Of a stretch of 64,000 nt of DNA, positions 16,601-31,426 are shown in pieces. The stretch is taken from contig CM082598.2 of NCBI GenBank assembly GCA_040954595.2, positions 3,355,154 through 3,419,153 on the forward strand, read 5' to 3'. This DNA is from Balanoglossus misakiensis (Eukaryota > Animalia > Hemichordata). The notes beneath the pieces were generated by a model. The model worked only from the letters and a program-made list of their open reading frames with translations, was not told the DNA's origin and did no database searches. A program made the translations under genes and the position numbers. Position 1 is the stretch's first letter; each line of letters begins with the position of its first letter.

Positions 16601-17076
16601 ACATACATACATACATACATACATACATACATACATACATACATACATACATACATACATACATACATACATACATACATACATACATACATACATACAT
16701 ACATACATACATACATACATACATACATACATACATACATACATACATACATACATACATACATACATACATACATACATACATACATACATACATACAT
16801 ACATACATACATACATACATACATACATACATACATACATACATACATACATACATACATACATACATACATACATACATACATACATACATACATACAT
16901 ACATACATACATACATACATACATACATACATACATACATACATACATACATACATACATACATACATACATACATACATACATACATACATACATACAT
17001 ACATACATACATACATACATACATACATACATACATACATACATACATACATACATACATACATACATACATACAT
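13664..17076. repeat. Giant perfect (TACA)n/(TGTA)n microsatellite, 3413 bp, about 853 units
   Basis: No interruption seen across the tract; it produces the stop-free HTYI/MYVC ORFs. Confidence 0.98.
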
Positions 17077-20000
17077 CCTATTTCCTTGAATTCAGGTACA
17101 CGTCCCAATTATGTTATTTTGTGTGATATTTTGTGATGCCGTGAACATACACATGACTGTACATGTTCTATACATTATTGCGTAACATTCTGTTTTTCTA
17201 ATGTACACAAAACACAGTGCAGTCATTGTCCATATCCGTGTTATTTCCCTGAATGACGTTTACTTTGCTCATATGTATTGCTGGATCACAGTTTAAATGT
17301 CACAGTTCCTCGGAAAATATTTTACATATGTTTTCTTCCATAATTCAATTGCATGGCTGTGTCTATCAAGTATCATATCCCTGTATAAATACTGATGCGC
17401 AGCCCCTCACAGGTTCTTCTAATGCATTATCCTTCTGACTTAGCCAATTCAAACTCAGTTGGGCTTGCTAGATCACTATGCATGCAATGCTGTCGTCTGT
17501 GCTCTGCTCGGGGGCATTTGTGTATAGCTTTAATAGCAACACACCAGCATAGCAAACTAAGAGGCTGTGAGAGTCTAATCCCTTTATCACCATCTTTGGA
17601 CATAAATCTTTCGCTCCTACTGACAATTTGAAAGTAGTAGGGTTATTAAACTGCTGCTCATGATTATGATACACCTACAGTTATAACCCATGGTGTTCTA
17701 TCATTGCATTTTCCGTGTTTGTGCAGCAGACAGCGTCCCAATAGGGCTTACGTATTCATGTGTCTGCATACAGAGTCACGTGACTCTGTGTTATATTTTT
17801 GGGTGGATGCCAGCTCATTTGCATAATTTTGCGGCAATTTTATTCACTAATCATCTACTTAGATTTCATGTTAGACGGCTCTTTACTGATAAAATTAACA
17901 TTTATCATCGTATATGAACTTGAGCTGTGCATGTGAGGTACTGAAATTGCCTACAGCTCGTCAAATACATCATGTACAGACAGCTCATCCATACATGGTT
18001 GTGTTTTTTGAATATTACCCTATATTATTCAGAGAAGTTGAAAACACAGTGCATCCTCACTATCCCAAAAAGTCAAGGCTTGATCTAAGTCATAGATTAT
18101 TTTACACTTCTCAGTGTATAGTCACCACACGTGCTAAATCGTGCTCTTTACGTGTCGCGATTTCCGGAACGATTCGGGATAATCATCACCTCCCAAAGGT
18201 CTATGCAATACACACGTCAGATTTAGCAATGTGAACCATGCAAACTCGCTCTGCATTAAATTACAGCCGTTTCTCAACTTCAGTGTTACCTCCGTGGCAA
18301 TTTGAGACTTAAATAGTTCCTAGCAACACATAAAACAGCGCATAATTTAGCACTAACAGGCCACAAAAGGTGCCGAATATTCACATTTGCATTGCACACA
18401 GCGGTGAAGTTGTTCAATTTTACAACATACCGCGGAAATGTGCCACGGTACACGCATATTGATGACATCACTCTTCGTGATGTACAGGTATAAACAGGAT
18501 GCCCACAACGTGTACATGTCAATTTCTCCAGTAGTAATGGTCGCAAATCACATTGGAAATTTCTGACGAGTACTTGAAAACGCCTGAGTCTGAAAATTCA
18601 TGCAATATTTCAAATATAGCATATGTAAAGAGCGTAGATAATGAAGGTAGCTAATACTTAGAACAAAACTATAATAATGCAGAATTTGAACAGCTGATAT
18701 GAGGTGAAATTTATCAAATTTTCCAGAATTTTTAATATGTAAAGTTCCCAGATTCTAAAGCAGCAGTCATCAAATCGCAACAGGAAGTATTCTAAATGAA
18801 AAGGCAGCGCTCAGCGTTCTACAAAAGGCAGATATTTTCAATGGCTCTTTGAAGAGGCCACTTATTTCTTCAGCCTTTGCTAATGCCGCAGCGCTGTCAG
18901 AATGAAAAGAAATTTTACCAATGTGAAGGTCACTCCTGATCTAAGCAAATCTGTCACGAAATCCTGTCATAAAATAGAAATGATTTCAATCCCTGATAAT
19001 CACAAATGCATATTCCTTGTTCAATAATAACCCTTGACATCCTCCTTTGAGTGTTTGAAAGAACATCACAACTGCTGGAAATGACAGAAAAGTACAGTAG
19101 AGACTAAAGTTAAAAACAGTAATACAAATAGATGGTAGAAAAATAATGCCAAGGACACTATGCTACCATCAGAGCATGAGACATATTGGTAGATCAGTTT
19201 CATTTTGACTCAATCTGATCAATTTTGACCTCAAACCCACATACTACCTTGATTTGAGCAAATCTGGAAAAAAACAGCCTTTGCCGGCGATTTCTGACAG
19301 AAAAACTCTAATGGACTAAACTCTTTCACCAATGCAATTACAAAATTTAATGCTTTTGTCCAGTATCACATCACAGAGGAAAATGTTCAGAACCCTGACA
19401 GAAATAAATGGCTATTAGCAACTTCTTGTTTATTTTGGCTATTTTTTCAGTATTTTATTATGTATATTAATCATGGTTTCTTGTTTGGTATGATTAAATG
19501 CTTAGTGTTAGACCTCTCAATATAGCCCATATGTGCACAATCGACACTGTGTGGTACGACGTAACACATTCTCGTAGTAGGTTACAACATTACAAACAAA
19601 AGATGAGTAAAATATTTTGTGAGGGCAGTCTTGATAAAAAACGTGTCATGTAGCTCGTCGACTGTTTGGTACACTCCCTGCACATAGTTAGAATACTTCA
19701 GAAGACCGACAAAAGATGCAACTGCGAAACTGTTGCTAAGGTCATGACCTCGTGACCTTTTTGAAGTGTTACATCAAACACAACAATTCTTTAAGTAATG
19801 AAAAGAGGTGTTTTAACTGACATATTAGGCTACTATTGAAAGGTTATAAGAACTAGCTGAAACCAAATTTAATTCATGTCCACTCTTGTTGTGAGTACAG
19901 TATCCTTTATCAGCATGAAAAATGGCCGCTCACAACTTCACGGTGTCCGCTAACAATTTGTCCTCTTAAGTTTCACAACAGCTGCTGACAGAAAATCACT

Positions 20001-21907
20001 ACCGGAAGTATTTATTTTTAGTCTGAACAGACAGCATATAATCTTTTTTTGAATACTTTGCATATTTTTAGCATTATGACCCACTTCCCTTTTCATACAA
20101 AAGACTACAGAGAGACATATAGCACATATAGCAGTGTTTGGCTCAGTCTAATTCTTGGAGATCCACTTCCTTCCTCCACATTTTCCTAAATATTATCACT
20201 TTCACTTATTTAAATAAACAAAAAATATCAGCCTTTTTGTAATCTTTGATTAATGCCACCTTTATCAGATTTTACTTTGGATATTATTATTATTAAAGAA
20301 CTTTAAAAACTGCCCATATTCAGTCATTGTAACCTTAAAACTTCCCATTCTACAAAGTGGTCGACGACAGCACTGTATTCAAACATGAAACGTCGTAAAA
20401 GCCAGAAATAACATCAAATTTTTAGCATGTGTCAGGAAGTAACACGTATGGCAGATGATATTTTGGTATTTCAAACACGAAAAGCCGCAAGCAGTGATCT
20501 ATAACTCCCAAGGTAATCGAGAACAGTAATTATATGTGATTTGACGCACCAAACAAGAACAAACACTCGACACAGAAACCTCCCCCCCCCCTAGGATTTT
20601 TTGAGCGATTTTTTTCCGCTCTGCAGGGAATAGCAACAAGGCTATTTATAGCACATGTATAAATAGGACCAAAGCATGTGGGCGTGAATGAGGATTAAAC
20701 TATGTCAAAGGATATTCTGTATTGTGTCGCCTTTATAGAAATCACAAACTGATCATACTTTCCCACAAATTACAACATCCAGAAGCACAAATCATAAAAC
20801 ACGTCACATCTCAAATGAATGGTTCCTTTTCATGGATGAATTCAACTATAGCTCGTTAAATATCTGTACCATAACCCACAAAGTACATGAAACCTTTGCA
20901 TTGAAAGATCTGACCTTCACCTGACCCTGGGGTTAGGATTGTGTCGTGCTTTCTAGCAAACAATCAACAACTGGGAAGCCTTATAACTCTACAACCCCCC
21001 AGGATTTACAATTTTGTTGACAACAGTCCAAGGATTTAGCAAATTGTCTCTTCAATGTACAGACCAGTGTCGGAAACGTGGTCTGTATGGACTAATACAA
21101 TTTGACATTTGTTGAAATGAAGTACTAAGCAAAATTTACAAATTTAAACAGTTTGAAATTAATTGGATAATTATATATCAACTTCTAGATTGATAACCAC
21201 ACAATATTTTTGTATGTATAGGTCTGTATTGGACAACTGTTTACTTAATAAGTATAATATTTCAGAAGAAACTGCAAATATGAGTGCAAAAATTGCGTCA
21301 ATTATTCTTTATAATGTATATTTTCATGTATATACTTTTACAGTGCCAACATATATACTGTAGATTATACAGACAAATCTACAACTAACAACCCATAGTG
21401 AAACTAAGTATACAGTACATGTACTAGTTGATAAATTCACAAAATCACTATTTGTATGATATTTTAAAAAGATTTCTTCAAAAATTACAGAAAACAGGAC
21501 TAATGAATCATTCTCAGGACCAGAATCCAATATATATCCAGCTGTACTTCATAGCTAAACACAGTATTGTTTTACTGAAAGCCTAGAACGCCGCCCACGC
21601 CAAACACAAATATACCAGCCTACTGATGAACTGACAAGGCAAATGTGCATGTACATGTAGTACCACAGGAAAAAAAAACGGTAACCGAAACTGTTTTGAA
21701 ATGTGATATAACAGATATGAGCTAACGGTAGTCAACAGAACTTAACCACTGATACCAGCATGGTATACCGTAGGAGAGTATGATAATGGATGATGTATGA
21801 TTGTCAATGGTTGATTTTGATATGAGTTATATTAAACATAAGAATATAAACTTAGCCATTGTATAATATCTGTCGCTATCTCAATGAGTGTAATTTTTAA
21901 CCAGCGC

Positions 21908-21963
21908 CCTTGACTTGTGCCCTTATCTTTCACAACCTTGACTTGTGCCCTTATCTTTCACAA
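21908..21963. repeat. Perfect 28-bp tandem duplication
   Basis: (ccttgacttgtgcccttatctttcacaa)x2. Confidence 0.9.
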
Positions 21964-22272
21964 CAATGTCGCCAATCAAATTTTGAGATAAGTTTATCAA
22001 AAGCAGAGCTGGTTGGATGCGTTAAGTTTCACTTCCCTATCACTCTTGGAGAGGGTATTAATTAGACAACCTGTGGACCTTTCACACTACAAGTACAGTT
22101 ACTTGTGATGCAGTAAATGTCACATGGTGCAGTAACTGCAACTAGTACCTGTACCAGGTAAACTTGTGTTAAGTCACCTGTGAACTCGGCGATCAGTTTG
22201 ATAAGATTGGAGTCAGATATAACGAACTGACGGTTGAAAATCACGGCATGCAACAACGCAATGTGGATTTAC

Positions 22273-22343
22273 CTGAACTTTTTCATCATAGTGTGTTTGT
22301 CCACCTCAGCTCGGTTCATGCCTTGTCCTTGGAAGTTCCCCAT
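22273..22343 (-). CDS. Candidate alternative first coding exon of the DGK gene (MGNFQGQGMNRAEVDKHTMMKKFR)
   Basis: GC-richer island at 22273-22475 with donor TTCAG|gtaaat in phase 2, the same phase and AG ending as the 51255 exon. The frame is open for about 60 codons, back to a TAG near 22454. No polypyrimidine tract upstream. Confidence 0.4.
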
Positions 22344-23324
22344 GAAACTTGAGGGACATGGTGGTCCTACGTGGTACGAGGAAGTTTCCTGGTCCTCAGT
22401 ACGGGGTGAGTTAAGCGGTGTCTCGTAGGGAAGTGGATGTTTGCGGGCCCCCTAGCTGTGACGGGTTTCAGTACCTGTGCCAAGTTTTGTGTTTTGTTGT
22501 GTACGACCCAACAGAGCTCTAAAAATAGTGCTTCTTGGATCCTTATGTAATCTCTTGATTCTGACCAAGTCAAGATTTAAATATAAATGTCACGAGTTCT
22601 TAATGAACTACGTGTACAGTTGTATCTGTAAACACGCTACCAAAACAGGTGGCTTAATTAAGTATGGGAGATGTACCGGTATGTATGGGTATATAAGGAT
22701 TGGGTACTTTATGTTGAAATGAGACAGCCACCAGCAGAAATCTATTGTATGTATTGTTCAGATTTGTTAATACGTTCAAAGACGCCAGTAACAGTCCAAA
22801 CTTATGACACATACTGTGTTGAAATCACTGACTCCACAGAACATGTACAGGCGCCTCGTGACTGTCAACGCACCGCAATTCTGAATGTCTTCATTGTACT
22901 CCCCGACAACTGAGTCAGCAGTAAACAAAATATATGTATAGACAGGGTGGGAACCACAGAGAGAATGCACACCCAGCCTTTTGTTCAGGTTCCCATAAAT
23001 TTCAAATGTTTTGATAACTACGTACGTCACTGTTACAGTTCTCTCAATGTTCCTTAGTGGTTATATGGATAATTAAGACATATCCATGACAAATGCAACT
23101 TATTGTGGTGTGATCTAAAACCCTGGTTCCTTCTCCCTGAATGTAAGTTTGAAAGGTTGCTTCCTCATGTAAAGTTTCACTCATCGACTAATGTTGTTTT
23201 GTAAAGTTCATTTTATTTAGAGCTGGATGCTGAAAACATGTCACCATAAGGCGCCCCCTACAGTCTACTTTGGTTTTAGAGCCTTCATTCTCATCAACAG
23301 CGTAATGCCATTGCTTTAAACTAA

Positions 23325-23497
23325 CTGTAAAACAGGTATTTTTTGTGACAGGAAATTTTCGTGATATAAAAAGAGGCAACTGTTACACGAGGACTAATTT
23401 TCACGTTCTCTTATTTTACTAACTGCATCAATATCTCCGAAAAACATTTTACGCGACTTTTTATTTTCACTATTTTTTGGCTCTCACGTGTGAATTT
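23325..23497. mobile_element. Truncated copy of the 49825 MITE family, reverse orientation
   Basis: Aligns by eye with the reverse complement of 49827-50036 (caggaaattttcg..gatat..gaggcaactgtt..taattttcac..actaact..atatctccga). Confidence 0.7.
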
Positions 23498-23565
23498 ACC
23501 TATGTAGTAAATAACAACAAAAAGCGAAATTAATTTATTCTATTAGGTGAAAAGAAATGATATTA

Positions 23566-23610
23566 AACAGATCAATGAAACATCTTATAAGATGTTTTCA
23601 TTGATCTGTT
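23566..23610. repeat. Near-perfect 45-bp palindrome
   Basis: aacagatcaatgaaacatctta|taagatgttttcattgatctgtt, with a single bulged T. Confidence 0.85.
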
Positions 23611-26600
23611 ATATTTAGATTGTGTACAGTTCACTTCACGTACCGTCAGTTGTAGAGATTGGATGTAGCGCCCTCTGTCGTTGAAAACAACAAAATACAA
23701 TGTTCGACAGCATGTCCGAAATAATAATTATACTACAAAGTATTAACATTAAAGGTACACATTTAAGGTACTACATTTGCCAACCCCAACGCGACCAGTT
23801 TGATTTAATCCCTAGTCTGTCAGAAAAAAACACTTGTCATTATCCATGAAATGTGCTCATGTCACTCAACAAAAATCTCTACTTGCAACACCCCACATCA
23901 CACTTTTCATAACTTTTATGAGCTATATGTCTCGTAAGCATGATATATTGCCTGATCAGAAATTTCATAAAATGTGCCAGTAAGTTATAATTACAAAACA
24001 TTATACCCGAACATCATAGCAAGATATCGCCTGAAAGTATGATCCCTCTACAGTAATATATCTCCACAATTATATGCCCGATTGAAGAGATTAATAAAAT
24101 ATACTCATATCAATAGATAACACTGTGATTCAATCTCACAATTTGGAAACCAATCCCAGATATATCGAGATATGATATATTTGTGATGCAAAATCATTTT
24201 AAATTTGACTATATTATTGCCAGGTTAGGCCTGAATAAAAAAAATATGCAAATCAAATTATGTAAATCACTATTAAATATGCACGTCAAGCCATCTAAAA
24301 CTCATCTAACCAAAACTAGACTTTTTATGTGTGAAATCGTATATCATGCAACTTAGTAAGCTTGTTAGATGCCAATTAAGCAGGTACATGCATGTACCGG
24401 TTCATGTATGGGGATATGTTTAGACAGGTACACAAACATGTACATGTACATGTATGCAGACACTGATAGACACAGCTACACATGTAGCACACACGCATGC
24501 ATGCCCACACAAATAAACAGCGGTAAACATGTCACTTCTGCAGCCAGCTATATCCTAAGAGGCGTCCAAAGAATTTGACTGGATGAGACGTCATCCTTGA
24601 ACGACTCACATTTAGCTCCAACATCAGAGCAAAATTCATGCATCACTTTCAGTACTTTCTGTAAGAGGAGATTGCGTTTGCCTTCAGCACATAATTCTCA
24701 TTCTAAAGTCCCTGACGAGAGAGCCTGTTTCTTGTTACACATCCCCCTCAAAGGCGAATCCATTATTGACACATAATGCCCAGATTTCATATAAAATTCA
24801 TAAAGAGGTATGGAAAAGGCGATAAAATGCATTATCTGGCGGGTGATAAAAAATACAATTTCGGAGAAAACATCCTGATGCTGGAGATAGACTTGTTGTG
24901 GCTTTTAACGTATCTCAATCAAAAACTAACATCTTGTTACCATGGCAATGTGACTGCAAGCAAAAAACCTTGTGCTATGTCTCACATGTCACTGCTGAAC
25001 AAAATTTATCAAATGGCTTTTTTTGCCACTATTCTGTTTATTTTATGTAGCACATCTGGATTTACCATTAAAAGCACTATAACAATAACTCTTTTGTCAC
25101 ATTCTTGTGGGCTTTTCATCTTGCAGTTGGTTAAAACTAATTACAAATTGATTAGTCTTACTCAATGACTATATACAGCCACAAAATATAATTTGTGATT
25201 CCAATATTTTATGGATTGACATACACTACCATGTTTAGTATGATTGCAAGATTTATGGACATGATATCATAATGTAATATTCCCCAGAACACAGTGACAC
25301 TCTGCATATTCATGACACATGTTAAATCTATGGAGAACATCATTTCATTAGATGCTATCTTGTTCTAGGAATATTAAACTGTAATTGAGTAAAACGATGC
25401 TTTGTTTGTGGTTTTAAATGTGTACAGAAATGCAAGCAAAATCTACCTGGGTATGTAAGTTAGTGGAAAGAAATTGTGATCAAAGAACCCTCAATATTAC
25501 TCAAATCATCACATCTTGTCATACAGCCAAGTAAATGATCATGCTAACATTTAAGTATTCCATAATAGTCTGACATTTAAAAATAAGAAAATGAAGATTG
25601 AGACCTATATTGTAATTTGAAAACCTTCCTTCATTTAAACACTGTACATCTTGTGTCTGCATTATACTGGTATTGTGTAATGTATTTGAAAAGCAATAAA
25701 AATTACTTACAAAACATCAGACTGAAAAATTAATTTGACCGCCATCTGCTAAATTAATTTCAATTAGAAATTAAGCATTCTAATTACTGTCTTGGGATCA
25801 CAAAATTAGATTTTATAACACTCGACACAACTTAACATTAATACGGCACATAAAATATCTCATTTTAAACACAATGTATGAATCACCAGTATAGAATTTT
25901 CATTTATAAATTAATTAGTTGTTTTTTCAGTAGTTAGATAAATATCAGACTCACGAAACCAAATACACAGCAAATAATATTTGAACCACCTGCCGTGAGT
26001 AAACATTATAACTATTTCATCAATAGCTGCTGCCATTTTCTGGAGTTAATGTACTGTAAAGCAAATCTTAAGTCAAAATTTTGCTTGCAGCAACTTTTTA
26101 AAACTTCATTTACCTTCTCTCGACATCGATTACACACAACTTGCATCCCAATTGTATCCCAAACTCACCAAAATGAATAATCACTTATCAGTCTGTACCG
26201 TTTATTCATTTTGGCAAGATTTTTACTCAAACGAGATGGAAGTTGTGTGTGGTCAAACATTGATTCACTATATATCCACATGTAGAATAACCATTAACGG
26301 TGTCTTGTATCAAACATAATTAATGTGAAAAAGGCAGCGAGAGTTTAAAAGTTAAAGTTCGCCTTCGCCTTGGCAGGTATATCAACGTAATGAGTATTTC
26401 AATTTGTTCAGCTCAGTTCAGCTGTGTATGCGAAATGATATCTTCTAATTTGCTTGAAATCATAAGTCTGCCCTGGATGTAATAAAAAACTGGAGGGTTA
26501 TTCAGCTGATATTGATACGTACTCAGGGGATAAAAAAAAGTTTTGTTCCGCGAGCGAGCTCGTTTGCAGAATGCGCGACTCACTCATGGATGGAGGAGAA

Positions 26601-29600
26601 ATTGGTAAATATTTGATCACCTCAAATTTCCTGTCTGGGGCTGGCTTTTTTCCACCGGTTGCAACACAACACTTGGTGATGTCAAACTGTAAAATGACCC
26701 GCGGGGTAACGGTGTACGTAAGCGTGGGCGTTTGTTTGAATCATCACAAAAGAATCCCGCAACAATCATAAATGCGAATCTGATTTTTCACTCCAAAAAC
26801 TCCTAATCCTAAGCTTGCTTTTATGTGCAGACAGCATCCCATTTATCCTTGGTGCTTGACTCTGATTGCTAATTTATTTTCAATGACACAACCATTACAG
26901 GGAGTTCCCAATTTAACCAGAATGCATTTGAACTCAAGGAATGTGATTTCAATAGCTTCCAACACCAGAGGTTACAAATCATCTCAAAATTTCTAACTGC
27001 CATAGAATGATGCATCCTCTAAATCATGTGGTGCTTCCCCTCACCCGGACAAGAAGAAAATCAGGCGCTTTTGCAACATTTCTCATTGTAAAGAGTATCG
27101 AATATGGGGTTATGAACCCATAATCCACATTTAAATTGAATACAAACTTAATTTGTAAACAATGATGATAAATTAAAAATAGTTTACAAGTACTTGTATG
27201 TACCCATACATAAATACCGACATGCAATGGAATCTTCATTGATGTTCAGCTGTATGTGGTTGTACTTTTACTACCAGTACTATTGCCTAGAATAACCATT
27301 TTAGGCTTGACAATATTTCCCTCATTCGTTTTAAAGGTAGCTAGAACAGCACACACAGGAAATAATTGTCTTGATATTTAGTTTACAATGTGTCAGCAGC
27401 ATTACCAATAGACCGAGTTTACTAGTTTACTATCACATTGTATAAAGTGATGTGGTGTCTAATCGGCTTTGGTTTCTGAGACAGTCTAGTAACATAATAT
27501 AGAAGACCGCTGTTTGCTCAACAGACCTAGACTTTGACTTGGCTTGGAGACGGACTAGTTGCTGCCTGTCTGCAAGAGGGTTATCGCTAGGTTTGCCAGA
27601 TTCCAGGAAAGTCAGGCCTGAGCATCACGATGCTAAGTTGCCATGGCAATGCGATGACATCAGCTGTCAGGTGCTCTGTGATGCACGCCCACGTAAAAGC
27701 AGATCGTTGCAAGGTTCACAGAAAAGAGAAACGGAGAGAAAATTCCATTATCTGTAATCGAGTGAAATATCACCCGACCCAGCGACTTCACCCACTATTC
27801 CCAGAACGAAAATAAAATTTGGCAATTGAGGAGCAAAAAAACAACCAATCCTGGTGGAAGTTTGTGACATCATGCAAGACAATCTAGACCAAAAGTCATC
27901 CTCAAGACAGAAAAAAATCACACCTGGTTCCAATCATGGAATTCATTGAAATCCTGACAAATTTTCACCCACAGGAAAACTACAATGACGTCAAATCTAA
28001 TGTGACATTTTCCACGAACTGTATAATTGGCTCAGAACTAAGCACAACCGTACATTCACAAAGATTCAGGATTTTCATGTTACTTCAGATTTGAGAAATA
28101 CAGACAGGAGAGGCTTAATATGAGCCACATGACATACAAATGGAAATATTTTTAGAAAATGACCTTTGTTAAAAGGTTAAGTGTTGGACATTTATCTTTG
28201 TACAGTATGATTTATGGCGCACCTGATAATGCAATGGCACAATTGTCTTACGTTTTGTAACCCTTTCACGGTGGTGAAATGGTTAAAATGTTAGCTATTT
28301 CACAGTGTAAATAAACAGCTGAGTTTTAGGTACTAGAACATCTTTTATTGTAAGATGAACAATTTCAGTTGATGTACTGGTATAAAACCTCACCAACCTG
28401 TCCTATATAGCTAGTCTGCTATAATCTTCATTGCACCATAACAACATTAAAACTGTTAGTTCACGACGCCCACACAGAAATCCATAATATGTTACGGGCA
28501 ATATGATGTGTAGTTGGGCTGCGGCCAAGAGATGAATAAGATAAGAATTTTGGACATTTCATATTACAATAGCTTACCGCATTCTCTTTTAACTCATGAC
28601 TGCATGAGTTTAATTTTTTAGTTAGATTGCATTTTTAGTCTCTAAAGATTTTTTCAGCATCTGTGATAAATTTGCCAAGGCATCAATCTTTTTTTCAGTA
28701 CGGTAGCGCACTGATACTTATTATTTTTGTTATTTTCGTTCTTGACCCCTTTTTACCAACTTGGCATGTTACTGGGTTAATTGACAAAAGAAGTTCTAGC
28801 ACCTAAGATATTTGAAGATATTCAAAACTGTATCTTCTTTTCTACAGTTTCTGTGTAAGGTTTACAATCCTTCATTAGCCTATGCAAATTTTAATGTCAT
28901 GATTATAATATATTAGATTTCATATAAGGTTTCATTAAATATTGTTTAATTTGTTAATGGCAAATCCGCAAATGCAAATTTACATTCAAATGCACACCCA
29001 GACGACAGAAAAACACTTTGTAACCAAGAGACAAAAATTGTTGAATCCACTCAAAGCAAGTGTTGCAAATTTACGCACATCAAAGATTTATAGATAAGAA
29101 TACGAAAGCAGATAAAATGGGCACAGAGAAAAAAACTTGACAGTGTTCAAACATCCCCTCTCATGCAAAATGCAAAATCTAAAATTCCTATAACACTTTT
29201 TCATCAACTCTAAATGGGAGGGAGAATCTATGGTTAAGTGCTCTATATTGCCAGAATTCCAAGACGAAAATTCCCAGAGGATTGGAGTGACTTATTCGAC
29301 CAATATCAGCAGAGTGCTTGTCCATGTCATGACAAATTTGCAACATACCGCCCCACCTAAAAAGCTTATACAGACAGAACGGCCTACGCATTGCTATTTA
29401 CGCCGCACTACATGCAGTAGAGTAAAACCATGTACTTACTCTAAATCACTGACAGACTCAATACCTCCCATAGGAGATAGAACACAGAGCTATGGGTACT
29501 CGACATGAAAACACCAGCTGGCTCCATTAAAAAGTAGTCTGATATCTACTACCCATGCAATTTTCAATCTGATGTGATTCCCAAAAACTGAATCTAACAT

Positions 29601-31320
29601 CATAACAGACTGAAAGAACTGTAGCATTATTTAAGTTAACATATCATAATTGTGCAGTTGTATATAAAAAGGTGTATGTGTTATGATATTATAAAAAGTA
29701 TCTCTTAATTGCAGACACGTCTGTCCAAAAATAAAAGAACTAATACCATATGTTTATTCATATGATTTATGATAGTCAACTCGCACATGTATCATCAGAA
29801 GCCCTGACTTCAGCAAACTTTAGAACTTTGAAAAAATATAAACGATTTCCTGAAAGACATGTCCTAGCCAGGAAATTGTCAGGCTTTAGTGATAACTAAA
29901 TAGGTATGAAAGTGGAATGTCTCCACTATACAGTATCAATTTAATTATGAGTCAATTATCGATCAAAAATGTTATGTATCTTCCTCAGTAATTTACGGGA
30001 ATCTTAATAAAACAGATGCCAATCTATACAGCTCAAGCAGGGATCACATTATTCTGTTTATACCAGCCGCAGTAGGTGTAGGTTTTAATTTGGTTCAATT
30101 TAATCAATGTGGACACATTACGTCGATACCATAATAGATCTTGCTATCAAGGAATGCTAATATTGAGAGTGAGTCAAGTAATTTATTCTTAATTAAAAAA
30201 TTTAAGTTGTACAGTAAATTCGCATGGATTACATTCATGTGTCAAATGACAGCAAGCGAGTTCATCAATATACTGCTCTGCAGTTGTATTTTTATACACG
30301 CCTGCTAAGTGACGGCAAAAAATGTCAAAACATATCACTGACAGAAGCACTTAGACTACTGTCAGCATATGATACTGAAGTCTCTAGAAAGAGTTTTTTG
30401 CTTCTGAAATACCATGTCATGAAACTATAGCATTTACACTTCCAGGCTGCAAAAAGTACCTGAAGACCTGCCCATCAAAAAGTAAGTGTCGGCCATCTTG
30501 AATCCAATATGGCACTTGCACTATGGCAACAAGCCAAGGAAGCATCACTATTTTTTCACCCTGATATCAATTTTGAGTGAAATTTGTCATTCTTTAAAAG
30601 CTGACTTTTCATTACACGTGACATTTTGTCATCAATCACAAAAATAGCCAGAGGGGTGATGGAAATTAAGAGAATTGCAGATGGCTGTCCTTAATTTCCC
30701 ACATATCCCCTCTGGGCAGCTGATCATTTACTGCAATACAAAGTGCCACCTTAAGGTTATCCAATGAACAGGCGGGTGAGATATTGCTGGTCTGTTACCA
30801 TGGCAATGCATAGAAATAGGCAGCTGACCCCAACTCGTCTCGTTTTCAGTCTCCGATTTCTACTGAAGTTAATGAAAAATTTCCATGGTAACAGAGGAAT
30901 GTAATTTTGCGGCAGAGGTTCTCACTAACGAAGGGGATGGGGTTTTTGAAATGTCAAGTTCAGCTGAAATTGAACTTCAGTGGTGAATGTACCGCCCTAC
31001 AAGACTTATCTTATTACAAAGTTAGAAGCCGTAAGTGTAACAACACCTCAATTGGAGTGCGGAATGAAATGTATCAGTTACAAAAGTTTAACATGTAGCC
31101 ATAAAGCCCAGAGGATAGCAAGCTCTTCCCAGGGTTTCTACAAGTCAGTCATACAGAAAATTTTTCAGTTTTGGGTGACTCGACAACAAATGCTATTATC
31201 CAGGAATAACTGAAGCACATGTTTCTGTATACTCATTAGTTTGCACATTTAAATTTGACCATTCTAAGTTTGAAGTAAAATCATGAAGATAATGCAAAAA
31301 AATGACAGCTTTTGGGGCTT

Positions 31321-31426
31321 TGCTTTCAAAGAATTCTAATTCACTTGCTTCTCTGTTATCTTGCACCATCTGAACTGGACAGGATGGCAAACACTGGGAA
31401 AATACATCACTACATCACCAAAATTT
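31321..31426 (+). repeat. Direct repeat of about 100 bp, copy 1 (copy 2 at 36766-36865)
   Basis: Shared accatctgaactggacaggatggcaaacactgggaaaatacatcactacatcaccaaa and upstream bases. Confidence 0.9.

Noticed and set aside
13477-17136. Five ORFs of more than 1100 aa (MYVC/HTYI repeats)
   Set aside because: Artefacts of the stop-free (TACA)n repeat.
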